Shown piece by piece: positions 36,856-50,181 of a DNA stretch of 64,000 nucleotides. The DNA is from Malacoraja senta (Eukaryota). Every line of letters begins with the position of its first letter. Position 1 is the first letter of the stretch. The stretch lies in the NCBI GenBank assembly GCA_038087875.1, contig CM075989.1, forward strand, positions 20,338,001 through 20,402,000, written 5' to 3'. Below the pieces are notes generated by a model that saw nothing but the letters and a program-made list of their open reading frames with translations, made no database searches and was not told where the DNA came from. The position numbers were made by a program, and so were the translations under genes.

Positions 36856-38699
36856 TGCAGCCAGCTGTGCGCCCACCAGTGCAGCCAGCTGTGCGTCCAC
36901 CAGTGCAGCCAGCTGTGCGTGTTCAACAGTGCAGCCAGCTGTGCGTCCACCAGTGCAGCCAGCTGTGCGTGTTCAACAGTGCAGCCAGCTGTGCGTCCAC
37001 CAGTGCAGCCAGCTGTGCGTGTTCAACAGTGCAGCCAGCTGTGCGTTCACTAGTGCAGCCAGCTGTGCGTGTTCAACAGTGCAGCCAGCTGTGCGTCCAC
37101 CAGTGCAGCCAGCTGTGCGTCCACCAGTGCAGCCAGCTGTGCGTGTTCACCAATGCAGCCAGCTGTGCGTCCACCAGTGCAGCCAGCTGTGCGTCCACCA
37201 GTGCAGCCAGCTGTGCGCCCACCAGTGCAGCCAGCTGTGCGCCCACCAGTGCAGCCAGCTGTGCGTCCACCAGTGCAGCCAGCTGTGCGTCCACCAGTGC
37301 AGCCAGCTGTGCGTGTTCAACAGTGCAGCCAGCTGTGCGTCCACCAGTGCAGCCAGCTGTGCGTCCACCAGTGCAGCCAGCTGTTTGTCCACCAGTGCAG
37401 CCAGCTGTTTGTCCACCAGTGCGGCCAGCTGTGTGTCCACCAGTGCAGCCAGCTGTGCGTGTTCAACTGCAGCCAGCTGTGCGTTCACCAGTGCAGCCAG
37501 CTGTACGTCCACCAGTGCAGCCAGCTGTGCGTCCACCAGTGCAGCCAGCTGTGCGTGTTCAACAGTGCAGCCAGCTGTGCGTCCACCAGTGCAGCCAGCT
37601 GTGCGTCCACCAGGGCAGCCAGCTGTGCGTCCACCAGTGCAGCCAGCTGTGTGTCCACCAGTGCAGCCAGCTGTGCGCCCACCAGTGCAGCCAGCTGTGC
37701 GTGTTCAACTGCAGCCAGCTGTGCGTTCACCAGTGCAGCCAGCTGTACGTCCACCAGTGCAGCCAGCTGTGCGTCCACCAGTGCAGCCAGCTGTGCGTCC
37801 ACCAGTGCAGCCAGCTGTGCGTGTTCAACAGTGCAGCCAGCTGTGCGTTCACCAGTACAGCCAGCTGTGCGTGTTCAACAGTGCAGCCAGCTGTGCGTTC
37901 ACCAGTGCAGCCAGCTGTGCGTCCACCAGTGCAGCCAGCTGTGCGTGTCCACCAGTGCAGCCAGCTGTGCGTCCATCAGTGCAGCCAGCTGTGCGTCCAT
38001 CAGTGCAGCCAGCTGTGCGTGTTCAACAGTGCAGCCAGCTGTTTGTCCACCAGTGCAGCCAGCTGTGCGTCCACCAGTGCAGCCAGCTGTGCGTTCACCA
38101 AGGCAGCCAGCTGTGCGTCCACCAGTGCAGCCAGCTGTGCGTCCACCAGTGCAGCCAGCTGTGCGTCCATCAGTGCAGCCAGCTGTGCGTCCATCAGTGC
38201 AGCCAGCTGTGCGTCACCAGTGCAGCCAGCTGTGCGTCCATCAGTGCAGCCAGCTGTGCGTCCATCAGTGCAGCCAGCTGTGCGTCCACCAGTGCAGCCA
38301 GCTGTGCGTCCACCAGTGCAGCCAGCTGTGCGTCCATCAGTGCAGCCAGCTGTGCGTCCACCAGTGCAGCCAGCTGTGCGTCCACCAGTGCAGCCAGCTG
38401 TGCGTTCACCAAGGCAGCCAGCTGTGCGTCCACCAGTGCAGCCAGCTGTGCGTCCACCAGTGCAGCCAGCTGTGCGTCCATCAGTGCAGCCAGCTGTGCG
38501 TCCCTCAGTGCAGCAGTGTGCGTCCCATCAGTGCAGCCAGCTGTGCGTTCACCAGTGCAGCCAGCTGTGCGTCCACCAGTGCAGCCAGCTGTGCGTCCAT
38601 CAGTGCAGCCAGCTGTGTGTCCATCAGTGCAGCCAGCTGTGCGTTCACCAGTGCAGCCAGCTGTGCGTTTACCAATGCAGCCAGTTGTCAGTTCACCAG
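36856..38699. repeat. Minisatellite, ~24-nt unit GTGCAGCCAGCTGTGCGTCCACCA, roughly 75 copies
   Basis: Direct tandem repeats with 23-26-nt variants; copy number estimated from array length. Orphan units at ~39086-39145. Confidence 0.98.
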
Positions 38700-40592
38700 A
38701 GACTGACACAAAATGTTGGAGTAACTCACTCTGGGCCACTGCTGCTGTCTGTTCATGAATGCATAAGGTCATAAGTGATAAGAGCAGAATTAGGCCATTT
38801 GGCCCATCTGGTCTACTCTGCCATTCAATCATGGCTGATCCTCCTAACCCCATTCTCCTGTCTTCTCCCATAACACCTGACACCCCATATTAATCAAGAA
38901 TCTATCTATTTCTGCTTTAAAAATATCCACCGACTTGGCCTCCACAACCTTCTGTGGCAATGAATTCTACAGATTCACCTCCCTCTGACTAAATAAATTC
39001 CTTCTCATCTCCTTCCTAACGGAACGTCCTTTAATTCTGAGCTATGACCTCTAGTGGATACATCCACTCCGCATCCATTCTATCCAAGCCAGCTGTGTGT
39101 TCACCAATGCAGCCAGCTGTGTGTTCACCAATGCAGCCAGCTGTTTCTCCCACTAGGTTCACTGTCCTCATTAATTTTACTGATTGTGTGCCTCCTTGTC
39201 ACCTAACCCCTCAGCTAACAATGAACCATAGAAAGACACAAAAGCTGGAGTAACTCAGCGAGACAGGTGGCAAGGAATGGGTGACGTTTTGGGTCGAGAC
39301 CATTCTTTGATGAATCATTCAAAATTCCTTATGTCTGCTTTGATCTGATGTTTTCTCACCTTATCTCTAGACTCCCTCTCCCCTGACTGAAGAAGGATCT
39401 CGACTCCAAGTCACCCATTTCTTCTCTCCAGAGATGCTGCTGTCCCGCTGAGTTACTCCATCATTTTCTGTCGATCTTTTTTGTCTGTTCATCAATGCAG
39501 ACAGTGCACCTTGTACAAAGCAAGGAACTGCAGATGGACACAAAATGCTGAGTAACTCCGTGGGTCAGGCAGCATCTCTGGAGAACGTGGAGATGTGATG
39601 TTTCCAATTCGAGACCCTTTTCCAAATAATGCACCGTATTCTCTCAGCAGATTATAGCAGCTGCCTTTTCTCAACTCATCCATGCCGACCACCTAAGCCA
39701 GTCCCATTTGCTTACATTTGCACCATATCTCTCTAAAATGTTCCTATCCATGTACCTGTTAAAATGTCTTTTACGTTCTCCTTATTGGGGACCTTTGCGC
39801 CATCTTCATTTGGACTTCAGTGTTATATCTTTGCACTACATCTTGTATCCTTTATCTGTGCACTGTTTTAAAGGCTTGACTGTATTCATGTATAGTCTTT
39901 TCTGGTTAGCACACAAACAAAATATTTTCACGGTACCCCAGTACACATGACAATAATAAACGGAACTAAATGTTATTTTACATACCTTAAATATCTCTGG
40001 CATCTCGTCAAAAGTACATCACTGACTACATGTGCTCTGTCCGAATGGAAATTTGAAATGCTAACATAGCAGCAGGATTTATTTCTAAATATATAGAATT
40101 CTACAATAGTTGCATTAGACATGTCCCACCGTGGGGTTTCGTTCTTCTCCCTGCTCCTGTTCGGCAGAAGGCACAGGAGCTTGAAAGCACACACAGTGAG
40201 ACTTTGGAATAGCATCTCCCTTCTGTTATCAGGCTCCTTAAATGTCTTTCCATAAGCCAGGGTACTGCCCGATTCATCTCTACCCCATTGAGGACGTTGG
40301 ACTTTGTCTGGGGATCTGATACGCTACAATGCTGAGAACTATGGGTGGGGTGAGAATAGGAGGGGGTGAATGGTGTCCATTATTACCGATTGTCCACTAT
40401 GACCGAGTAGGATTCGCTCCAACCGCCCCAACAATAAACAATTGTAATTGTTTATTGTAACTAAACAATTTCTTTCCATTATTGTGTTTGGTTAATGTTG
40501 GAGAATTGCAAAAGGTTTTCTTCGAATAACCTAAGGCTGAATTTCTTTTTCTAAAGAAACCATGGATGTATGATGAAGTGACCTCTGTTTAA

Positions 40593-40865
<273 letters not shown>

Positions 40866-41605
40866 TGATATCAGCTTTATTAGACTTAGTTTAGTTTAGA
40901 GATACAGCATGGGAACAAGCCTTTCAGCCCACTGAGTCTATCGCCCGTTCACACTAGTTCTATGTTTTCCCATGTTTTCATCCTGACATTTTCATTCAAC
41001 TTCGTTCCTGACCTCGGGTGCTGTGTGTGTGTGGAGTTTGTACGTTCTCCCTGTGCCCACCGTAGGTTTTCTCCGGGTGCTCCGGTTTCCTCCCACATTC
41101 CAAAGACGTGCAGGTTTGTAAGTTAATCGGCCCTCTGTAAATCGCCCCAAATGTGTAGGATAGAACTAGTGTACGGATGATTGTTGGTTGGCATGGTGGG
41201 CAGAGGGGCCTGTTTCCATGCTGTATCCCTAAACTAAACTACTAATCCTTTCATTGGATATGTACATGCAGATTGCCATTCAGTTGGGTGAGAGCTGTCA
41301 ACCTCAATACCTCAACCTTCGGGGAGTAGTTGACAGTAATTTGTATTTGAACTTCAGCATTTTGGTCTCTTTGACAGATGAAATTGCTGCATAACGGTAA
41401 TTTTATTTATACCAGGCAACATAAGGGAGCACATTGTTGCAGAAAGCTTTTAGCCAGCAACAAGCATGTTGTATTGTAGGGTTGTGTAATCTGTTGTCAT
41501 GCAAATATGAGAACCATTTTGGTATATTTAATTTTACATTCCCTAAAAGTCACCTACAAACAGAAAGCATGAAAAAAAATAAGTGCAGTATTTTATTATT
41601 TTTAG

Positions 41606-41646
41606 CCTGAAAACCTTGGACAGAAACTTCCAAACCTTATTGAACT
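41606..41646 (+). CDS. LRRC28: LRRC28 coding exon 2
   Basis: Encodes PENLGQKLPNLIEL. 41 nt, tttag acceptor and GTAAGT donor. Confidence 0.93.
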
Positions 41647-42302
41647 GTAAGTATCATTTCTTTGTTCACTTACTATTTTGTTCATATGGTTTTCACATTG
41701 TTTCAGCATCATTTATTTGGCACCACTAAGAATGCAAGCTACACTTTTAAACTGCTTGAGTTAAAATATAATTTGCTTACAACTAATACCATTTTAGACA
41801 CCGATAAAGTTTTAAAGCTGAATAATAGTTCCATTAGAATTTGTTTTGCATTGAGTGTAATGCTGCATTCGAGGGCTTTTGTTGTGATATCTTTTCAGAA
41901 TGGATGGTGTATTTAAACATCTCAGGAGGGGGAAATAATTTGGGCAAACAAATTACATTAATGAACCATTTGGAGCATATTTTGGGCAGATTTATTTTGA
42001 ACATGTCAAGCCGCACATTATGGAATCTGGAACAAAATTGCAATTAGAATGAGTTTCCTTATGCTAAACAATTAATTTTATGCACTTAGCTTTTGTTTCT
42101 TAACTGAATTTTGAAAACCTGCGAAATCCAACAAAACCTTTATTATATTCAATGATAGTGAATGAATAGTGAGCAGTCCGAATTAATAATAATAGTTTGA
42201 TAATGTATCACATAGAAGCTTCAGCAGGATGCATGCATTATATAAATAATCAGAATAAATGAACATTCTTTAAGCTAAGATGCAACTCATTTCCTTTTCT
42301 AG

Positions 42303-42340
42303 TTACTTGCATTCCAATAACATAGAAGTCATTCCAGGAG
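42303..42340 (+). CDS. LRRC28: LRRC28 coding exon 3
   Basis: Encodes YLHSNNIEVIPG. 38 nt, ttttctag acceptor and GTGAGC donor, phases compatible. Confidence 0.92.
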
Positions 42341-44429
42341 GTGAGCATTATTTGTACAGAAAATATTTGATGTTTCAGTAACTAAACACTTTCGAATTGC
42401 TGCTTTATTTGCCAAGCCAGTATTTGATAGGTTTTAAATTGCTGCAGACCTTACGGTGAATGCACTTCTGGAGTTCTGTTAGACATAGAGTTTCAAGATA
42501 TACATCCAGCATCAATGAAGGGATAGCAATATATTTTCAATTCAATTCATGCTTATGTTAGAAGACCAAATTGTCGTCTTTACAATTTTTTTAAAAAGAG
42601 GGCAAAAGTGGTTGCTGCAGGGAATAAATCAATCAGGGTTATGTGTAAATGATTCCTTCAGGTGAATGAGGATTAGTTTGACTTTTTGTTTCCTCTTTAG
42701 TGGAAGGATTTTTTTTTTTTTAATTTTCATTTGTGCGTCTTAGCTATTGCAAGTAAGCTCGAGGAATTTCAAGCCCTGGGTGCTTGTTGCTCTTTTTCTG
42801 CCAGGGTAGTAAAGATGGTAATGCGTAGAAAGGAACTGCAGATGCTGGTTTCTACCGAAGGTTAGTACAGATGGTAGGTTTGGCTAGAGAAGTAATCCTA
42901 GAGAAGCTATGGCGAGTTGCTGCAGTGCAATTTGTTGCTGATCATTGTAGGGTCCAAGGTACTCGCTGTGGTGGAGCGAGCAAGTAGTTACACGAGTCAT
43001 AGAGTCATGCAGCACAGAAACTGGCCATTCGCCTCAACTCGTCCATGCCGACCAATATCAGCTAGTCCAACCTGCCTGTGTCTGGACCAGATCCCTCTAA
43101 ACCTTTTTAATGTTGTTATAGCACTTGCCTCAACTACCTCCTCCAGCAGATCATTCCATATACCCACCACCCTCAATGAAAAAGTTGTCTCTCAGGTTCC
43201 TATTAAATCTTTCTCCTTTCACCTTAAACCGATATCTTCTTGTTCTTAATTCCTGAAACCTGGGTAAAAGACACTGTGCATTCACTCTATCTATTCCCCT
43301 CATGATTTTATCAGATCTCCCCTCAGCCTCCTGCGCTGCAAGGAATAAAGTCCTAGCCTGCCCAGATATGTGTGCCAAGTAATTGCATAGTTTTTACTTG
43401 AACGTTGCTGAATGTCTTGAGTGTTTTATTTGGAGCTCCTCTTACCCAGGTAAATGGGGAGGAGCATTCAATTGCACTCACTGCATGCCATGCTGTGGAC
43501 AAAAGCATTTGGGGAAGGAACAGCTTCCCCAGTTATGGGCCTGCTCTTGTAGTCTCTGTGTTTATGTGGCTAATTCCATTATGCTTCTAGTTGCAATGTT
43601 CAGGTGGATTTTTAATTGTGATTGAGATTATTTTCTTTCTGGAACAGATTGCAAATTATATTTAAAAAACTATCATCCTTAAAAGAGATTCATGGTTAAA
43701 CCACTGAGAAAAGATGTTGTGAAGAGCAATCTCGAAATTTGTTTGAATCGAGGTCCACAGGACAAGAAGCGACTCAATGCATGCACTTTTTAAAAAGAGC
43801 AATGGATCAGTTCTATGAAGCTGTGGTTTATTTTTAGTTAATTTTCATTGTCAAATAAAATAGATTTTTTTCTGAGAGGTAACCTGAAGAGTTACCCATG
43901 AAATAGTACCATCTACAAAGTCATGATCGCTGATACTTATTTTGTCTCTGGCACTGTGAGGCAGCAGCTCTAGTAGCTGCGCCACTATTCTGCCTTTACG
44001 GAAAGTCTTTTGAATATCCAAACACACCACATTCACTGTTCCACCATTATCAAGAGTGTTTTATTGCCATATGTCTCAGATAGAACAATGAAATTCTTAC
44101 TTGCAGCAGTGCACTAAAATATGTAAACATAGTACACTATAAACAATATAATAAATGAGAAAAAAATACAGTGTGTGTGTGTGTATACATATATATATAT
44201 ATAATTATATACACACACACACACACAATAATAGTGCAAAAAGACAAAATTAACGCATCCCAAGTCTATTGGTTCAGAGCTCATTTGGAGGTTGTGGTGT
44301 TTAATAGCCTGATGGCTGTAGGGAAGAGGCAGTTACTGAACCTGCACGTTACAGTTTTTCAGGCTCCTATATCTTCTACCCGATGGCAGTAGTGAAATGA
44401 ATGTGAATAAATATGAATAAAAATATATA

Positions 44430-45140
44430 AATAAATACCTTTTATTGTTATACAAACAGACATGGGTCGTACGAAATTTCGTTCCTGCAGTCATAACATC
44501 AAAAAAACCAAGACACGCAATTAACACAATTTACATAAACATCCATCACAGTGAGTCTCCAAACATCTCCTCACTGTGATGACAAGTCTTGTCTCTCTTG
44601 TCTCTTCCCTGTTCTTTATTCTCCCGAGGCTACCGGGGCTCCCGATGTTAAAGCTCCCGGCGGGCGATGGTAAGTCCCGCGGCCGTTAAAGCTGCGCCGG
44701 GCGATGTAAGGCCCCGCTCCAGGTCGTTTTGACCCCGCGATTCGAGCGGGAGAAGTTGCTATTGCGGGAGCTCTGAAAAGCGGTCTCCCACCAGGGACCT
44801 GCGAGCTCCCGATGTTACCGTCCACCAGGCCTGCAGCCGGAGCCTCCGAAGCATCCGAAGTCGGTCGCAGCTCCGCGATGGTGAGTCCGCAGGCTCCACG
44901 ACTGGAGCCCTCAGGTCGGTTCCGGTTGGAGGCCACCGGCTGCACGATGTTAGGCCCAACAACAATGGAGACCCGACAGGGAAAATGTTTTTAAAGTCTC
45001 CCCCACCCCCCCCACCCTCCCACATATACACATCTAAAAAATAAAACCAAAAACCTACAACTAACAGGACAAAATGAAAGAAAAGACGGACGGACTGCAG
45101 TCGAGCCGCTGACACAAGGCGCCGCCACACCGAATGATGT
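44430..45140 (-). mobile_element. Unclassified GC/CpG-rich interspersed repeat
   Basis: CpG-rich body with recurring GCTCCCGATGTT and CTCCGAAGC motifs, also present at ~54180-54400. AATAAA-type end on the minus strand. Confidence 0.55.
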
Positions 45141-45640
45141 GGCTATTGTATAATAATAATAATGCATTTTATTTGCTGGCGCCTTTCTGGACACCCAAGG
45201 ACACCTTACAGGCCATGTTGGACATAGACTCACAGACTAACACAGGCACTTAACACTACACACAAAAGTCTCTAGGACACCTTACAATTTAACAAAGAAA
45301 CATATAAACATATAATCAGAGTAAAATAAGTTATAAAGACATCACAAATACATAAATTAAAAACAGAAATTTGATCCAAAGAAGACAACAACAAAATTCA
45401 GAAAACACAATATGAAGGGAGAGCAGCGGCAGCCAAACTGCGCCAGCGTACACTCTCCCTTCCGACCGCCATGTTGGACATAGACTCACAGACTAACACA
45501 GACACTTAACACTACACACAAAATCATCCCCCCACAATGGATACCACTGTGGGGGAAGGCACAATGTCCAGTCCCACATAATGTATATGTGAATCTATTG
45601 CACTAGCCATATATACATACAGAATATATTTTTGTTTTGA

Positions 45641-45955
<315 letters not shown>

Positions 45956-46875
45956 TAACTGGACATGTGTATGCACTCTGATGTAAGTTATATTTTCATT
46001 ATCTTCAGTATTATTGTTGCGTTCTTTTAATTTTCCACAACAAAATAATTAATTAATTAATTAATTAATTAATTTATTGGCCAAGTATTCACACACAAGG
46101 AATTTGCCTTGGTGCTCCGCCCGCAAGTAAGGAACAGTACACCGTGGCAGCCATTGTCGGCGCCAGCAGCAGCAGCTACACTGCAAGCAGCTACATATAT
46201 GAGCAAATATAATCAAATCATGAAAGATGGCCAAATATTAATAAGTTTGGCAGAAAAATATTTTGCATTTTATAGAGGAAATTGATTTCAAATCTGTTGC
46301 TGTTCTTGAAGTTGTTGAATTTGTGAAGTTCATTGCATTTTGGTGATACAAGGAACTACAGATGCTGGAATCTTGCGCAAGAAACAAAATGCTGGAGGAA
46401 CTCAGGGGGTCAAGCAGCATTTGGGGAGGGAATGAATTGACGACGTTTTGGGTCTTCACCAGTTCTTCAGATTGATTGGAATATTGGAAAGCTGCAAAAG
46501 AGAGATGGGGTTGAGACAAAGTCTGGCAAGTGATGACTCAAAACTGATGAGGGGGTGGGGGGGGGGGGGTGATTGGTAGATGGGTTGAGCTAGTGACAAA
46601 GGCTAGAGGTGAAAAGGAATCCAATGGGTCTCAGATAAGGAAAGAGGACTCGGTGGGCCGAAGGGCCTGTTATTGTGCTCTTTCTCTAAACTTACTTAGC
46701 TATTTGAGTGTCTGGCCATTCTCTAATCTATTTTTCTTTAAAAATCTTTATGTGAGATATCTGGGGCAGTTTGCTGTGTTGAAGGCACTATATAAATGAA
46801 TTAATCAAACAGGAAGGCAAATTTAGATAATCTTGCCTATTAAGTGGCCTCTTCTATAACAAAAATGCAACTTTA

Positions 46876-46893
46876 GGCCACCAGATGGCAGAT
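46876..46893 (+). promoter_or_regulatory. Candidate CTCF site in an LRRC28 intron
   Basis: GGCCACCAGATGGCAG matches the CTCF core CCASYAGRKGGCR and lies in non-repetitive sequence. Confidence 0.55.
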
Positions 46894-48616
46894 GTAGCAC
46901 AGAATAAGAATTGAAAGGTTCCTTACTAGAATGTCATGGCGCAGTAATTATTGATATCTACGATGTTACACACCAAAAATATTGCATAGTCTGAAGAAGG
47001 GTTTCGGCCTGAAACAATGCCTATTTCCTTCACTCCATAGATGCTGCCTCACCGGCTGAGTTTCTCTGGCATTTTTGTCTACCAAAAATATTGCTTAGCT
47101 ATTTGGAATTTTAGTGAAGGATATTTTAAACATTTGCTTTTGACCTGAACAATGGTAAACAAAATGTTGAACACTTAGTTTAGAAATTATTTAGATTTTG
47201 CTTTACAACGAGCTGGGTCACATTGCTCTTCAGCTGATGGGTCCACTAATTGCTTAGTCGTGACACTTGCTCCTGCATATTGCAGTGCAGCAGAAAGGTT
47301 TGAGCAGGAAGTTAGGTGCAGATCTCCTGATCTAGACGTAAAACACACACATACAGAGCTGAAGGACCTGAAGCAACTTGCTTTCGACCCTTCAGTTTCA
47401 CACTAGGTATAGCTGACATGTGTGGCACCACCTTTGTTTGAAAAGGTATGTATTTTTAATTAGATCAGAAAGTTTTAAATTATTAATTATGTGAATCCTT
47501 TAAAACAGTTGTTTTGCAGTCACTAATAGAACACAGAAGTATCCAACACAGGAACAGGCCCTTTGGTCAACAATGTCCATGCCCGACATGATGCCAGGTT
47601 AAACTAATCCCCTGTGCCTGCACATGATCGATATCCCTCTATTCCCTCATATCCATGTGCCTTTCTGAAAACCTCTTAAATACCACAATTGTATCTGCCT
47701 CTACATCCACCTCTGGTAGCTCATTCCAGGCACCCACCACTCACTGTGTTTAAAAAAACAACTTGCTCTGCACCCCACCTTTAAACTTTCCTCTTCATAT
47801 CTAAAAGTTATGCCTGTTACCTTTTGATATTTCCAGCTTGGGCAAAAGGCTCTGAGTGTCTAATCATCGTTATAAGCATTGGTTTAGAGGCTTTTGACAG
47901 AGTGAACTGGGGTCAAGGAAAGAGCATTCACGTCGCGACCCTGTTTTCTCCAATCTTTCCACCACCACGCATAAGAAGCGCAAGACAGACACCATTGTGC
48001 AGATGCCGAGAAGTGTGTTCAGCTCTGGCTGAACAACATCTAATCTTGTGTGTGGACTCGACAAGAAGAAGACAGTGAACTGTCAAAAGACCATGTGGTT
48101 GATCCAAGGGTGGGGCTGAGGTGTCTAATGCCCAGTTGCGGGTTGTGGACCACTCTGTTTCGTGGGTGGTAGTGGCAACTTGGCCATGATTGGACATTTG
48201 GGGCTGCATAAAGTTAGTGGGACTAGAGGAACAGTGTTCACATCTCTGGCCAGAGCAAGCATTATATGTTGCTGTAAGCGATGCTACACAACTGCAAGTT
48301 TTTCTTTCACAATTCTTAAATATTTTTTATCTTGAACAATGCATTAAAAAAAACCATGGTGAGTTTTAGATCAGTTCCACGAGAACTTTATTCTATGTTA
48401 CAATTCTGTGTTTGTAATTATGAAGTAAGGCGAGCTGATGTAAACATGTGAGGACGAAAGAATAGAAAGATGAGTTGTTTAAATGAGAAGAAATGAAGTG
48501 GAAGGAGTCTTGTAAATGCTCAAATATTCGCAAAGGCTTGGAAGGGGAAATTATTTATTTCTGTGTTATAAAGACTATTAAGACTTATAAAGACGTGCAT
48601 ATTAATGTGCTAATAC

Positions 48617-49654
48617 TAGCAATGTTACAAAATTTTGAGATTTTAAAAATAAAGTCTGCAATTTATCCCATCAGATAAAGCATAAAAAGAAGTTTAATTT
48701 GACACTTAATTCACTTTCATATCTTCAGTATTAAAAAAGTTATGGCCATTATCATACTCAGAAATTAGCATCTAGTTCCCTATTGCTTTTCCATTGACTT
48801 AACACAAAAGCTGTGATCGAGGACAGTTAAAAGCCCATAACTTTCTTAAAAATTATGGTAACTGAAAGAAATTTTCAGGTATTATAGATTGAAGCATTCT
48901 GAAACAAATATGAAACAATCTTACTTCGAAGACATGAAAGTAAAGCATATAATTAGTTAGTTACCTAATTGTAGCTAATTACAAAATTCAATTACTAGAT
49001 CTAAACATCTATCAATTTCTTAAGAATAGATTAACATTTTTAAATAGCCTAAGTGTCCAAATAACATTCACACAATAATTCACAATATAACATAATTTTT
49101 AAATCTAATTTTCATGAATTTACAGGCCAAATGGAAGGAATTGAATGTTTAATACCTGTAAATTAATGGGGATTTAATTCATTTTGCGAGTGAGGATTAC
49201 TGGAACGCGATCTTTTGGAACGTTCATTTGCGGTGAATTTAACCCCGTATTGGCATGAAAAATACTGCCGTTAATTCGGGGAATAAAATCACCGTGTCGC
49301 ATGACAAAATGTGAATTAAAGGTTTCTTAAGAAGCACTTTTATACATTTAAAGAAAGCACTTTCGTTTACCTGTCCATTGTGTGAAATCCGTCCCCGTTA
49401 TCGGCGTTGACGCTTCAGGAGCTGCTTTTAAAATGACTAGCGCTGACATTGACGATTTAATAAAAATAAAAAATTCACAAATCGCCACTAGGAACGATTT
49501 TGTCAGCCAACGCTTGTACTCCAACAAAATATTCCCAGGACAAGGTAGGAGAAACCGCGTTTTAACCCCGCCCCCCCTTAAAGGCGCCAAAATCACGCAC
49601 ACGGCCAGTGGCAGAATTACAGCGCGACTGAAGGTACGTTTTGTAACATACCTA
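48617..49654. mobile_element. Non-autonomous DNA transposon, 16-bp TIR, 7-bp TSD
   Basis: Left TIR TAGCAATGTTACAAAA versus right (rc) TAGGTATGTTACAAAA, 14/16 match. CTAATAC is duplicated at 48610-48616 and 49655-49661. Confidence 0.8.
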
Positions 49655-50097
49655 CTAATACCAGTGTGAGCTGCAACCTGCCGACATGTACTGAATCCAA
49701 AAAGTTGAAGGAGGGAGGCAATTGGTATGTTTTAGTTTAAGATTCCTGGGTGAATTTGGTGATCTGCCATCCGGTATATAATTAATAGAGGTAAACCAGC
49801 TTTTTCTAATTGGCATTAGTTTGTCTAACTCATTTTTGAAATATCAGAAGTCTATCATGTGTTTATATAAATTAAAATATATCACACTTGGTTATTTCTT
49901 GTAATATGCTATGGAAAGTGCTTGCTCTTGAGAATAAATAACTGAATATATTAGTGAAGATGCAGGTATCCGATGAGAGATCATTACTTGGATGAATAAT
50001 CGCATTAGAAGTTGATACTGGCAGGTTTTCAACTGTAATACGTGGGTGTGTTTGTTTACACAAATGGCTTTGCACGCCCAGGCAAGTAGTGAAACGC

Positions 50098-50105
<8 letters not shown>

Positions 50106-50178
<73 letters not shown>
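50106..50178. repeat. (CA)n microsatellite
   Basis: Perfect CA run. Confidence 0.98.

Positions 50179-50181
<3 letters not shown>

Noticed and set aside
36856..38699. CRISPR-like regularly spaced repeats
   Set aside because: No unique spacers, no cas genes, and a eukaryotic context; it is a minisatellite.
36638..38883. Long overlapping ORFs (706, 650, 545 and 229 aa)
   Set aside because: They are translations of a stop-free tandem repeat in several frames, inside the LRRC28 first intron.
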